Of a DNA stretch of 64,000 nucleotides, positions 8,074 through 17,491 are shown one piece after another; position 1 is the first letter of the stretch, and every line of letters starts with the position of its first letter. The notes below the pieces were generated by a model. That model was not told the origin of the DNA. It did no database searches and was given only the letters and a program-made list of their open reading frames with translations. The stretch covers positions 349-64,348 of the forward strand of contig CAZART010000010.1 of assembly GCA_964487555.1 (NCBI GenBank), in the 5' to 3' direction. The position numbers and the translations under genes are program-made. The stretch is from an uncultured Rhodothermales bacterium (lineage in GTDB: Bacteria > Bacteroidota > Rhodothermia > Rhodothermales > VXPQ01).

Positions 8074-9129
8074 CAGGTACACGTCCTGGATGGCGTGGAT
8101 GATCTCTACACCCTCCTTCATCGGGCGCTGAAAAGCCTTTCGGCCGGCAATGAGCCCGAGGCCGCCGGCGCGTTTGTTGATGACGGCGGCGCGAACGGCA
8201 TCCTGAATATCCCCCGCGCCCGTGGACGCCCCTCCCGAATTTACGAGCCCGCAACGAGCCGCGTAGCCGTTGACGACCTGGTACCGGGTCATGTCGATGG
8301 GATGGTCACTCATCAGCTCCGTATACATCCGCTCGTCGATTTTCCCGTAGTCGGGTCCCAGCGCCTTGAAGCCGCCGTTCACCGTCGGCAGCTTCTGCTT
8401 GATCAGATCCGCCTCGATGGTCGCGCCAAGATGGTTCGCCTGGCCGGTGAGGTCCGCGGCAAGCTCGTAATTGGCGCCGTTCGCGCCGTCGCCATCATGC
8501 GTGCGTAGCGCGCCCTCGCGCAGATAGCAGAAGAGGATCGTCGCCATCCCGAATTCGTGCGCCGCGGAGAACGCCGCGCTAACGTGCTGTAGCTGATCCC
8601 CGGATCCGGGCGAGCCGAAAAACACCGTTGCGGCGACGCCCACGCATCCCATATTCCAGGCATCCTTCACGCGTGCGAATACGGTGTTGTCATTGCGGAG
8701 CGGATAGGTTAGCTGTTCGTCGTGATTGAACTTGAGGATGAGCGGAATGCGGTGGGCATACCGGCGCGCCACGGAGCCCACAACGCCGAACGTCGTAACG
8801 ACGCCGCTGCAGCCCGACGCGACGGACAGTTCGATCGCCGTCCGCGGATCGAAATAGCGTGGATTCGGCACGAACGCACTGCCGGCTCCGAACGCAATGC
8901 CGTGATCAAACGGAAACAGCGAGAGATAGCCCGTTCCACCCAGTCGGCCGTGACGAAAAATCGCCGCCAGGCTGCTCAACACCCGCGGCGCCCGGTCCGA
9001 AGGTCCGAAGATCCGCTCGACCACGTCGCCGCCGGGACGATGCACGTTCTCGCGCGCGATCCCAGTACATCGATGCCGGAGGAGATCCTCCGCCTCCTCG
9101 CCGAGCAGTTCTTCGACGGTATTTGTCAT
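8050..9129 (-). CDS. fbaB: Class I fructose-bisphosphate aldolase (FbaB/DhnA type)
   Basis: Collinear with E. coli FbaB as I remember it: MTNTVEELLGEEAEDLLRHRC, GTGYLSLFPFDHG, RYAHRIPLILKFNHDE, LTGQANHLGATIEADLIKQK, VINKRAGGLGLIAGRKAFQ, AIQDVYLD. The start is chosen at M45 of the ORF. Confidence 0.9.
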   Translation of the reverse strand: MTNTVEELLGEEAEDLLRHRCTGIARENVHRPGGDVVERIFGPSDRAPRVLSSLAAIFRHGRLGGTGYLSLFPFDHGIAFGAGSAFVPNPRYFDPRTAIELSVASGCSGVVTTFGVVGSVARRYAHRIPLILKFNHDEQLTYPLRNDNTVFARVKDAWNMGCVGVAATVFFGSPGSGDQLQHVSAAFSAAHEFGMATILFCYLREGALRTHDGDGANGANYELAADLTGQANHLGATIEADLIKQKLPTVNGGFKALGPDYGKIDERMYTELMSDHPIDMTRYQVVNGYAARCGLVNSGGASTGAGDIQDAVRAAVINKRAGGLGLIAGRKAFQRPMKEGVEIIHAIQDVYLDEGIDLA

Positions 9130-9351
9130 TCCAGGCATAGATTCGGTGGGGCGCTCTTTCCTTTCATGTTGAGGCGTCGTACGTGGCCGCGCCGGCCACC
9201 AATCCGGCCTCGCCCGCATCGAAGTTACGAAGACGCGCCGACTATCCCTCAAGTTGATCAAGCCGGGTCCACGCCCTTACCAGCCCATTTGTCCCGCCCA
9301 AATGCTACCTTCTGAATTCAAGCCGTTCCTCGCGTAAGCCACGCCGCCGTT

Positions 9352-10377
9352 ATGAGGCCTTTAGCCGCCGTTTTCCTGCTGGCAGCATCCTTTGCCGCCC
9401 AGCCGCTCCTGACCCAGCCGAACGTCGCGATGGGACAGTCTACTTCGTGGATCACCTACGACGCGGAAGACGGCGCCGGCCAGGGCAAGCACGTCGTCTT
9501 CATCACCGGCGACGAGGAGTACAGGTCTGAAGAGGGCATGCCGATGCTCGCGAAGATCCTCGCAGAGCGTCACGGTTTCAAAGCGACCGTGCTGTTCGCG
9601 ATCCATCCGGAGACCGGAGAGATCGACCCGGAAGTGGTGACGAACATCCCCGGACTTCACCTGCTCGAGGAAGCCGACCTCATGGTGATGTTCATCCGCT
9701 GGCGCGAGCTACCGGACGAGCAAATGAAACACATCATCGATTACACGAATTCCGGCAAGCCGATCGTCGGCCTACGCACGGCTACGCATCCGTTCGCGTA
9801 CGAGAAGAACAAGGAGAGTCCGTACGCGAAGTGGCATTGGAACGGCCAGGATCCGGCCGGCGGATACGGGCAGGAGGTCTTCGGTGAAACGTGGGCGTAT
9901 CACCACGGAGAGCACGGCGACGAAAGCACGCGCGGCCTCATCAACGGTCTCCTGCAGGATCGGGCCATACTGAACGGCGTCGGGGATATCTGGGGTCCGA
10001 CGGACGTCTACGGAATCCGCGCACTGCCGGAGAACAGCGAGGTCCTCGTGTACGGGCAGGTGCTTCGCGGGATGGAGCCCGACTCGCCGCCCAACTACGA
10101 GAAATCCGTCATGCCGATCGCCTGGACCCGCACCTACACGGGCGAAACCGGCAACACGTCGCGCGTCTTCCTCACGACGATGGGCGCCTCAGTCGATCTC
10201 GTCAGCGAGGACCTGCGGCGGCTGCTCGTTAACGCCGTTTACTGGAGCCTTGAGATGGAGAAGGCGATCCCCGAACGAGCGGACGTGACCTACGTGGGCA
10301 AATTTGATCCGACTTATTTCGGATTCGGGGAGCACCGAAAGGGACTGAAACCCGCCGATCTCGCTCTCGACCGTTGA
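9352..10377 (+). CDS. Secreted ThuA-like (class I glutamine-amidotransferase-like fold) protein
   Basis: Signal peptide MRPLAAVFLLAASFAAQPLL, then HVVFITGDEEYRSEEGMPMLAKIL ... ADLMVMFIRWRELP, which resembles ThuA/trehalose-utilisation-like proteins. Confidence 0.5.
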   Translation: MRPLAAVFLLAASFAAQPLLTQPNVAMGQSTSWITYDAEDGAGQGKHVVFITGDEEYRSEEGMPMLAKILAERHGFKATVLFAIHPETGEIDPEVVTNIPGLHLLEEADLMVMFIRWRELPDEQMKHIIDYTNSGKPIVGLRTATHPFAYEKNKESPYAKWHWNGQDPAGGYGQEVFGETWAYHHGEHGDESTRGLINGLLQDRAILNGVGDIWGPTDVYGIRALPENSEVLVYGQVLRGMEPDSPPNYEKSVMPIAWTRTYTGETGNTSRVFLTTMGASVDLVSEDLRRLLVNAVYWSLEMEKAIPERADVTYVGKFDPTYFGFGEHRKGLKPADLALDR

Positions 10378-10428
10378 GGCGCGTCGAGATCCCACGGAAC
10401 GTTCGGACGCGTCCCGTCTCCGCCGTCG

Positions 10429-10983
10429 TCAAGATCCGCGCTCGGTGCTCGCTCCGAACTTGTCAATGATCCGCCGAATCGTGTTCATGTTGCGCATCGT
10501 ACTCGAGCCTCCGCCGAGCGCGCGGTTGAAATCAGCGGTCGAAATGGACGAGTCGCTCAGCCGGCCTTTCCGATGCCAGTAGACCTCACGCTCTCGGATC
10601 TCGAAGCGGTCCTCGGTTGTCTCGAGACCGCGAAGTCCCTGGGCCTCACTCGAACCCGGCGCGTCCCGCATAAAAATCACGTAAAGACCCCATCCGGCGT
10701 CGTGAGCGCCTGCGAACACGTGCCGCTCGGCGATATCGCGAAGCTCCTCCATCGAGCGGACAAACGTGTGCACCTCATATCCGAGCCGCTCGCGCAGGTG
10801 AGCTTCTACGTCGCTCGCGACGTCTTCCTCATCGGCGTCTGCTTCGAATACCACATTCCCACTCGCGATAAACGTGGCAACGTTGGCGTATTCGAGCTCC
10901 TTGAAAAGCTCCGCGAGGCGATCCATTTTGATGCGCCGATTTCCGAGATTGATGCCGCGAAGAAAGGCGATATACCGTGTCAT
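10429..10983 (-). CDS. DUF1697 domain protein
   Basis: MTRYIAFLRGINLGNRRIKMDRLAELFKELEYANVATFIASGNVVF is the characteristic DUF1697 N-terminus. The start is at M22 of the ORF. Confidence 0.75.
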   Translation of the reverse strand: MTRYIAFLRGINLGNRRIKMDRLAELFKELEYANVATFIASGNVVFEADADEEDVASDVEAHLRERLGYEVHTFVRSMEELRDIAERHVFAGAHDAGWGLYVIFMRDAPGSSEAQGLRGLETTEDRFEIREREVYWHRKGRLSDSSISTADFNRALGGGSSTMRNMNTIRRIIDKFGASTERGS

Positions 10984-11214
10984 GGCCGCACCCGCATGAT
11001 CCCCACGTCGTTCGGCCCGTTCGGAGCGTCGACGCCGAGAGGCCACGTCCCCATCAGGTCATCGGCAACGACCGGCGCAATGTCCGGACGCTGAGCACAA
11101 GATGCCGCCACAACGACAAACAGAAGGAGTGTAGGGCAGGTGCGACGCAACATGCTGTGTGGAAAGCTTGCCTGGACGGATCCTTCACGGTTTATTGTAG
11201 CCCCGCGCGACCTG

Positions 11215-11254
11215 TATGGAAGCGCTCGCAAAATATATGGAAGCGCTCGCAAAA
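11215..11254 (+). promoter_or_regulatory. Operator-like direct repeat, 2 x TATGGAAGCGCTCGCAAAA with 21-bp spacing
   Basis: Identical 19-mers at 11215-11233 and 11236-11254, each with the AGCGCT palindromic core. The second ends 32 nt upstream of the ATG at 11286. Confidence 0.35.
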
Positions 11255-11285
11255 GAATAATGTTTACAAACCGGCCAGGAAAGCA

Positions 11286-11972
11286 ATGTCTCGGCTAATT
11301 CTCCTGTTCGCGCTGCTGTGCGGCGTCAGCCATCAAGCCTCCCGAGCGCAGTCGTCGCTCCATCCCAACACGAGCGGTCCGGAATGGTCCGACCTCTTCG
11401 CTCCCAATCTGGCCGGCGCCGTCCGGCCCGACGGCGTATGGTCCATGGACGACGGCGTGCTCACCGCGACGGAGGACGAAGTCCTCTGGACGGGCAAGGT
11501 GTACGACAGTTTCATCATCGACCTGGAGTTCCGCAACGCCGATGCGACGAACAGCGGCGTCTTCGTCTACGTCAGCGACCTCATAAATTGGGTGCCGAAC
11601 TCCGTTGAGATCCAAATTGCCGACGACTACGCCGAGCAGTGGGCCGGTGCGCCGAAAACGTGGCAGGCGGGAGCCGTCTTCGGGCACGTCGCTCCTGCTG
11701 AGAGCGCCGTCAAACGCCCGGGAGAGTGGAATCGCATGACGATCATGTGCCGTGACGAGCACATTTCAGTCCTCCTGAACGAGGTGCTGGTTTCCGAGAT
11801 GGACATGAGTAAATGGTGGTCGGCCGCCGTAAATCCGGACGGGTCGGAGATCCCGGAGTGGCTCAGCATCTCTAAGGCGGACCTGCCGACGTACGGACAC
11901 ATCGGTCTTCAGGGCAAGCACGGTGATGCGCCGATCTGGTTCAGAAATCTTCGCATCAAGGAGCTGCATTAG
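11286..11972 (+). CDS. Secreted DUF1080 (3-keto-disaccharide hydrolase-like, concanavalin fold) protein
   Basis: Signal peptide MSRLILLFALLCGVSHQASRAQS. Supporting motifs are FIIDLEFR...NSGVF, EIQIADDY, GAVFGHVAP, EWNRMTIMC and GHIGLQGKHGDAPIWFRNLRIKEL. Confidence 0.75.
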   Translation: MSRLILLFALLCGVSHQASRAQSSLHPNTSGPEWSDLFAPNLAGAVRPDGVWSMDDGVLTATEDEVLWTGKVYDSFIIDLEFRNADATNSGVFVYVSDLINWVPNSVEIQIADDYAEQWAGAPKTWQAGAVFGHVAPAESAVKRPGEWNRMTIMCRDEHISVLLNEVLVSEMDMSKWWSAAVNPDGSEIPEWLSISKADLPTYGHIGLQGKHGDAPIWFRNLRIKELH

Positions 11973-13018
11973 GCGATCGCCGACGGTCGGAGAACGGCCT
12001 TTACGAAGTCACACTCGTGCATTTTTTCGAAGCAGTCCTCCCACTCGTCGAGCGCAGCCACTCGATTTACGATGGGACCGACATCGAGCTGCCCCGAGGC
12101 GAGCAGTTTCAAGACGCGCTCCCAGATCGGCCAGTTGTGCGAAAAGCTTCCCTGGATCGTGACGGCCTTCTGAACGATCGGATCGATGCTGAAATCGAGC
12201 GGCCGACGGCCCCATCCTACCTTCGAGATGTGCCCACCGGGTCGCACTACCTCGATGGCCTGCTTCAAGGTGGGGGAAACGCCCGCCGCGTCCACCACGA
12301 CGTCGAAACCGAGGCCTCGATATGTAGATCCGACGAGATCCGGCACTTCCGTCGACAGCGCAGGAGAGAGGCCAAGCTCCCGCGCGACGTCGAAGCGGCG
12401 AGCGTCGCTCGTTAGACCCGAAACGACGACGCGGCCCGCCCCGCTTATCCGCGCCATCGCCCCGCACAGCAGCCCGATCGGCCCGGGACCGATAACGAGA
12501 ACGTCGTCTCCGGGCTTCACAGCGGAATGGGCGCAAACCGCACTGTAGGCGACGCAGCACGGTTCCGTCAAGGCGGCCGATTCGAAGGGCAACCCCGCCG
12601 GCACGTGATGCAGGCAGCGCTCCGGCACCCGAACGAACGACGTCATGGCCCCGTCGACGCCATATCCGAATCCCAGCCGAGATGGATCGAGATGATAATT
12701 CCCTGCACGGGATAACGGCGACGTCGGGTCGATAACCGCGGCTGTTTCACTAACGACGCGATCCCCCTCACTAAACTCACGGACGCGTGGTCCTGCCTGC
12801 GCCACGATACCGCCGAATTCGTGGCCGAGGACGCAGGGGTAATTCACGGGCCAGCTGTGCGAACCCTGCCATTGGTGTACGTCACTGCCGCAGATCCCCA
12901 CCGCCCGCACGGCCAACAGGACGTCCTCCTCGCCGATGCCGGGGACCGGTACTTCGCGCAGCTCTACGCTCCCGGGTTGACTCCCGTAATTCACAACGGC
13001 AGGCATTGTCTGAGCCAT
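11969..13018 (-). CDS. Zn-dependent medium-chain alcohol/polyol dehydrogenase
   Basis: GICGSDVH, CVLGHEFGG, the GPGPIGLL Rossmann motif, and the overall sorbitol/threonine-dehydrogenase-like layout. The start could be M13 or M17 of the ORF. Confidence 0.85.
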   Translation of the reverse strand: MAQTMPAVVNYGSQPGSVELREVPVPGIGEEDVLLAVRAVGICGSDVHQWQGSHSWPVNYPCVLGHEFGGIVAQAGPRVREFSEGDRVVSETAAVIDPTSPLSRAGNYHLDPSRLGFGYGVDGAMTSFVRVPERCLHHVPAGLPFESAALTEPCCVAYSAVCAHSAVKPGDDVLVIGPGPIGLLCGAMARISGAGRVVVSGLTSDARRFDVARELGLSPALSTEVPDLVGSTYRGLGFDVVVDAAGVSPTLKQAIEVVRPGGHISKVGWGRRPLDFSIDPIVQKAVTIQGSFSHNWPIWERVLKLLASGQLDVGPIVNRVAALDEWEDCFEKMHECDFVKAVLRPSAIA

Positions 13019-13099
13019 TGGGGTGTAAACGAATGAATGGTACGGGATCGACACATGGATATGCCGTTCGGACGACGCCGATGAGGCCTACCGGCGCAT

Positions 13100-14320
13100 T
13101 TAGATGCCTGAAGCGATCAGCAGCTCGATGTCCCTGTGAGGCATGCCGAACATAGCGGCCAGGCTCTTCTTCGTCAGGTGGCGGCGGTATACATACGTGC
13201 CGTTGCGAAGTCCGACATTACGCCACAAGGCTTCGTTGATCGAACCGACCTCGCCGATCTGGACGAGGTACGGCACGAGCACGTTCGTCAGTGCGTACGT
13301 GGCAGTCCGGGCTGCATTCGACGGCATGTTCGGCACGCAGTAATGGATCACGCCGTGCTTCCGAAAGATGGGATCCGAATGGGTCGTCGGCCGGCTTGTC
13401 TCAATGCAGCCACCCTGATCGATCACCGCATCCACGATGACCGTCCCGGCCCGCATCGATTTGACCAGATCTTCGGTGACGAGCACGGGCGAGCGGGCGC
13501 CTTCGGCCATCATGGCGCCGATAACGACGTCGGCCGTCAGCACCGCCCGTCGGAGATACTGAGGCGAGGCCATGGCCGTCGTAATCCGTCGATCGAGGAA
13601 GTGTTCCAGACTCCGCAGCGCGGTGAGGTCGGAATCAAGCACGATGACGTGGGCACCGTAGCCGAGTGCGGTTCGTGCGGCCCACTCCCCTACGACGCCC
13701 GCTCCCAGGATCACGACCGTCGAGGGGGGCACGCCCGAGATGCCGCCCAACATCACGCCCTTCCCGCCTTCGCTGCTTTCGAGATAGCGCGCAGCAATCT
13801 GTACCGACATCGAGCCCATGATCTCGTGCATCATGCGAACGATCGGCAGCGATCCGTCCGGATCACGAATGAATTCGAATCCGATGCTGGTGATCTTCAG
13901 CTCCATCAGGCGCTTCAGAAACTCCGGCGTCGTATGCCCGAGGTGGAGGGCTGAGATCAAAATTTGCTTCTCCTGCAAATAATCCATCTCATCGCCGCTC
14001 GGGGGCCCCACCTTCACGATCATCTCGACTTTGCTGTAGAGTTCGGCGGGAGATTCAACGATCTCGCCGCCATACTCCGCGTATTCGACGTCGGAAAAAT
14101 GCGCCTGTGCGCCTGCCTGCTTCTGCACGAACACTTCGTGTCCGTTCGCAACGAGCGCGGCCACCCCACTTGGGGCCAGCGCGACGCGGCGTTCTTCGTT
14201 CGAGATCTCGGCAGGCACACCGATTCGGAGCGAGGTATGCTTCTCGCCCAGGACCGCCGGTTTTTCCATGGTCATCAGACCCGGATCGATGCTCAGGCCC
14301 TGGAGCGACGGAATTTCCAT
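13100..14320 (-). CDS. ald: Alanine dehydrogenase family protein (AlaDH/PNT)
   Basis: RIGVPAEISNEERRVALAP, VVILGAGVVGEWAAR, VIGAMMAEGARSPVLVT and HYCVPNMPS. The N-terminal extension makes the start uncertain (alternatives at 14275 and 14269). Confidence 0.8.
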   Translation of the reverse strand: MEIPSLQGLSIDPGLMTMEKPAVLGEKHTSLRIGVPAEISNEERRVALAPSGVAALVANGHEVFVQKQAGAQAHFSDVEYAEYGGEIVESPAELYSKVEMIVKVGPPSGDEMDYLQEKQILISALHLGHTTPEFLKRLMELKITSIGFEFIRDPDGSLPIVRMMHEIMGSMSVQIAARYLESSEGGKGVMLGGISGVPPSTVVILGAGVVGEWAARTALGYGAHVIVLDSDLTALRSLEHFLDRRITTAMASPQYLRRAVLTADVVIGAMMAEGARSPVLVTEDLVKSMRAGTVIVDAVIDQGGCIETSRPTTHSDPIFRKHGVIHYCVPNMPSNAARTATYALTNVLVPYLVQIGEVGSINEALWRNVGLRNGTYVYRRHLTKKSLAAMFGMPHRDIELLIASGI

Positions 14321-14508
14321 GCCGCGTTACGATTTGCTATAAGAATGGATATGGGGTCTAAAATATACGCGTTACTTCGCTGTCAGTCCGCACGTTCCAT
14401 TTAATGCATAGACGAACTGACATTGCTATCTAATGCGTATCTACGTATTGATCTTTTCCCATGGCTTGGGCATGGCAAACACCTCGTCGTCGCCGCAACC
14501 CCACGGCA

Positions 14509-15294
14509 TCACGTCCTGCACCGTTGCCATTCATACAGAATGATCCCAGCCGCGATCGCCACGTTGAGCGATTCAGTGGCTTCCCCCGTCGAGCTTCCGG
14601 GAATGGCGACGCGCTCGTCGATAACGGCCGAAACCGGCGTGGAAATACCGTGCCCCTCGCTTCCGAGAACAAGAACCGACCTCGGATACGGATTCCAGGC
14701 CCGCACATCCGTCCCCTTCAAATCGGCCCCATAGATGCGAAATCCCTTCTGCCGCAGCATTCCAAGCATACCGGCCAGATCGTCGACGTGGGTATGCGCA
14801 AGGTCCCAAATCGCCCCCATGGTTGCTCTGACGACTTTCGGATGGTAGAGATCGACCGTGCCCGGCGCCGTCACGACAGCATCCACGCCGAACCACGCCG
14901 CCGTCCGAAGGAGGGTGCCGGCATTGCCCGGATCCTGAAGGCCGTCAAGCACGAGAATGCGCGTTGCCGACGTAAGGGTGTCGACCGAGACAGTCCGGAT
15001 CGCCACCACCCCGAGCACGCCCTGCGTCGTTTCGACGGCAGAAATGGCATCGAGCTCCTCATCCGGTACGATGTGTACCGGCGCACTGGTCCTCGCCATC
15101 AGCCGCTGAATCTCGGCATCGTTCACCACGGAGTCGGCAATCAGGAGGTCCAGCAGCGGCACCTCGGCATCCAGGGCGGAACCCACCGAGCGGCGACCCT
15201 CTATCAGCGTCTGCCCGAGGCGCTCTCGATACTTTTTCTGAATGAGCGACGCCACTTCTTTGCGTCGTCTATGGGTGAGTGGTTCCGACATCAA
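14509..15294 (-). CDS. TrmH/SpoU family RNA 2'-O-methyltransferase
   Basis: LDGLQDPGNAGTLLRTA, LVLGSEGHGIS and ESLNVAIAAGIILYE are the SpoU methylase motifs. Confidence 0.85.
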   Translation of the reverse strand: MMSEPLTHRRRKEVASLIQKKYRERLGQTLIEGRRSVGSALDAEVPLLDLLIADSVVNDAEIQRLMARTSAPVHIVPDEELDAISAVETTQGVLGVVAIRTVSVDTLTSATRILVLDGLQDPGNAGTLLRTAAWFGVDAVVTAPGTVDLYHPKVVRATMGAIWDLAHTHVDDLAGMLGMLRQKGFRIYGADLKGTDVRAWNPYPRSVLVLGSEGHGISTPVSAVIDERVAIPGSSTGEATESLNVAIAAGIILYEWQRCRT

Positions 15295-15393
15295 GATGAT
15301 GAAAGATTCATGGGGAGTGGCGAAATAGAAACTCTACTTTTCATCTCCAGTACTTTCCGCCTGCGCACGCAACGCGACGCACCCACCTTGAGT

Positions 15394-15434
15394 CGCGCAC
15401 GATAAAATCCGCGCACGATAAAAGCGCACACGAG
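15394..15434 (+). promoter_or_regulatory. Direct repeat CGCGCACGATAAAA x2 (16-bp spacing) plus a partial third copy
   Basis: Copies at 15394-15407 and 15410-15423, then GCGCACACGAG. It lies in the trmH/gdh divergent intergenic region, about 150 nt upstream of the gdh ATG. Confidence 0.3.
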
Positions 15435-15579
15435 AACCATAGCGATCTATTCCCGTCAGCTTGCGTACGCATTTCGGAAAAGCGCTTTCCAGAGGTTGTC
15501 TACCCCGTCGCCGAGCGGAACGAAGAGCATACACGCTGCCGAATATGAACCGAGAACTCAGAATCCGGAACGAATAACC

Positions 15580-16887
15580 ATGCCCTACAAGCGCAGCGTA
15601 TACGAACGGGCCGTCTACCAGGAGCCCGCGCCCATTCCCGATCGCGAGAATCCGTTCCGTTCGATGATGGAACGCTTCGATATCGCGGCGGAAATCCTCG
15701 AGCTCGATCCTGGATTCTACGAATATCTCCTCTCCCCCGCGCGGGTCTTCGTCACGGCGGTTCCGGTGATCATGGACACCGGACGCATCAAAGTGTTCGA
15801 GGGAATCCGGGTTATTCACAACGAGATCCTCGGGCCGAGCAAAGGGGGAATCCGCTATGCGCCCGACGTTCGCCTCGATGAGATAAAGGCACTTGCGGCC
15901 TGGATGACCTGGAAATGTGCCGTCGTCAGCGTGCCGTTCGGCGGCGCGAAGGGCGGCGTCGTTTGTAATCCGCGCGAGATGAGCCCCGGTGAGCTCGAGC
16001 GCCTCACGCGCCGCTACACCGCCAACATGATCGACGTGTTCGGACCCGATCGCGATATCCCCGCGCCGGATATGAATACCAACGAGCAAATCATGGCGTG
16101 GATTCTCGATACGTACTCGATGCACGCGAAGCGGACGGAGAATGCCGTCGTGACGGGCAAACCTATTATGCTGGGCGGATCGTACGGACGCAAAGAGGCC
16201 ACCGGCCGCGGCGTGATGACCGTTACCCTCGCCGCGATGGACCGGATCGGGCTGCGCCCGGCGGACTGCACCGTGGCCGTGCAGGGCTTCGGCAACGTGG
16301 GCTCGATCGCGGCGCGTCTTCTGCAGGAACAGGGCTGCAAGATCGTAGCCGTGAGCGACATCACGAGCGGCTACTACAATGAGAACGGGCTCGACGTCCA
16401 GTCGATGATCGAGTACGCCTCGGCGAACAGGAATTCACTCGAAGGCTTTCACGATGCCGAGAAGATCTCTAACGAGGAATTGCTTACGCTGGACGCCGAC
16501 GTCCTCGTACCGGCCGCTAAAGAAGACCAGATCAACAAGCGAATCGCCCGCGACGTAAAAGCGAAAATCATCGCCGAAGGGGCCAACGGCCCCACGACCC
16601 CCGATGCCGATGATATCCTCAACGAAAAAGGAGTGATCGTAATTCCGGATATTCTGGCGAACGCCGGCGGCGTTACGGTTTCTTATTTTGAGTGGGTTCA
16701 GAATCGTCAGGGCTACTTCTGGACGCTTGACCGGGTCAACCGTCGTCTCGACCGAATCATGCGCACCGCATTCGAGAATGTTTTTGAGGCCAGCAAGAAA
16801 TACAACGTTTCTATGCGAATCGGGGCGTACGTGCTCGCGATCGACAAGGTCGCCAGCGCGCTGCGAATGCGCGGTATCTATGCTTGA
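15580..16887 (+). CDS. gdh: Glutamate dehydrogenase (Glu/Leu/Phe/Val dehydrogenase family)
   Basis: GPSKGGIRY, the PFGGAKGGV catalytic Lys motif, the VQGFGNVG dinucleotide fold, and [16 protein letters not shown]. Confidence 0.92.
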   Translation: MPYKRSVYERAVYQEPAPIPDRENPFRSMMERFDIAAEILELDPGFYEYLLSPARVFVTAVPVIMDTGRIKVFEGIRVIHNEILGPSKGGIRYAPDVRLDEIKALAAWMTWKCAVVSVPFGGAKGGVVCNPREMSPGELERLTRRYTANMIDVFGPDRDIPAPDMNTNEQIMAWILDTYSMHAKRTENAVVTGKPIMLGGSYGRKEATGRGVMTVTLAAMDRIGLRPADCTVAVQGFGNVGSIAARLLQEQGCKIVAVSDITSGYYNENGLDVQSMIEYASANRNSLEGFHDAEKISNEELLTLDADVLVPAAKEDQINKRIARDVKAKIIAEGANGPTTPDADDILNEKGVIVIPDILANAGGVTVSYFEWVQNRQGYFWTLDRVNRRLDRIMRTAFENVFEASKKYNVSMRIGAYVLAIDKVASALRMRGIYA

Positions 16888-17491
16888 TGGCGCACTCCGG
16901 TGCGCTCTGGTACTACTCGGCTTCCTCATGTCGACAGGCGCTTCGCCGGCACGCGCCCAGGACACGAACCTTTCCATCTATCAGGGACTCGCCCTGGAAT
17001 GTCTGGGCGAGCTTCCGTCCGACGTCGACACCCTTGCACTCGAAGCTTCGGCGCAGATGCCTTATCTCCGATCGGCACTCGTAGAAAGGTGGAAATCGAA
17101 CGGTCACGAAGTGTACTTCGTAGATGATTCTCCCCTGCACGCCGCAAATCTTCCTCGTCTGGCATTTAGCGTTGAGGATGCGAGCGTAGTATATGCGCCT
17201 GCCGGTCGCCGGCGTCTCGATCGGATCCTCCGACTGGGCCTTCAGTACTCTCTCACCGATCGGGACGGTCGTATCATCCTCGACGAACACTGCGCCAAAG
17301 ACGCCGCCGATACCATCGACAGAACGGCCGTCGCGCACGTTGAAGACCGGGCTTATGCGGAGACGCAGGGCGATCCGCCGAGAGCAGGGTGGGTGCGCCG
17401 CATCGTCGAACCGGTCGTGATTATGACGGCGACGGCCATCGGCGTGTATCTTTTCTTCACGCTCCGAAGTCAGAGCGCCGACGACGGATGA
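16880..17491 (+). CDS. Hypothetical exported protein with C-terminal TM helix
   Basis: Signal peptide [28 protein letters not shown] and C-terminal [21 protein letters not shown]. It overlaps the gdh stop by 8 nt and is coupled to the next gene by an ATGA overlap. Confidence 0.55.
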   Translation: MLDGALRCALVLLGFLMSTGASPARAQDTNLSIYQGLALECLGELPSDVDTLALEASAQMPYLRSALVERWKSNGHEVYFVDDSPLHAANLPRLAFSVEDASVVYAPAGRRRLDRILRLGLQYSLTDRDGRIILDEHCAKDAADTIDRTAVAHVEDRAYAETQGDPPRAGWVRRIVEPVVIMTATAIGVYLFFTLRSQSADDG

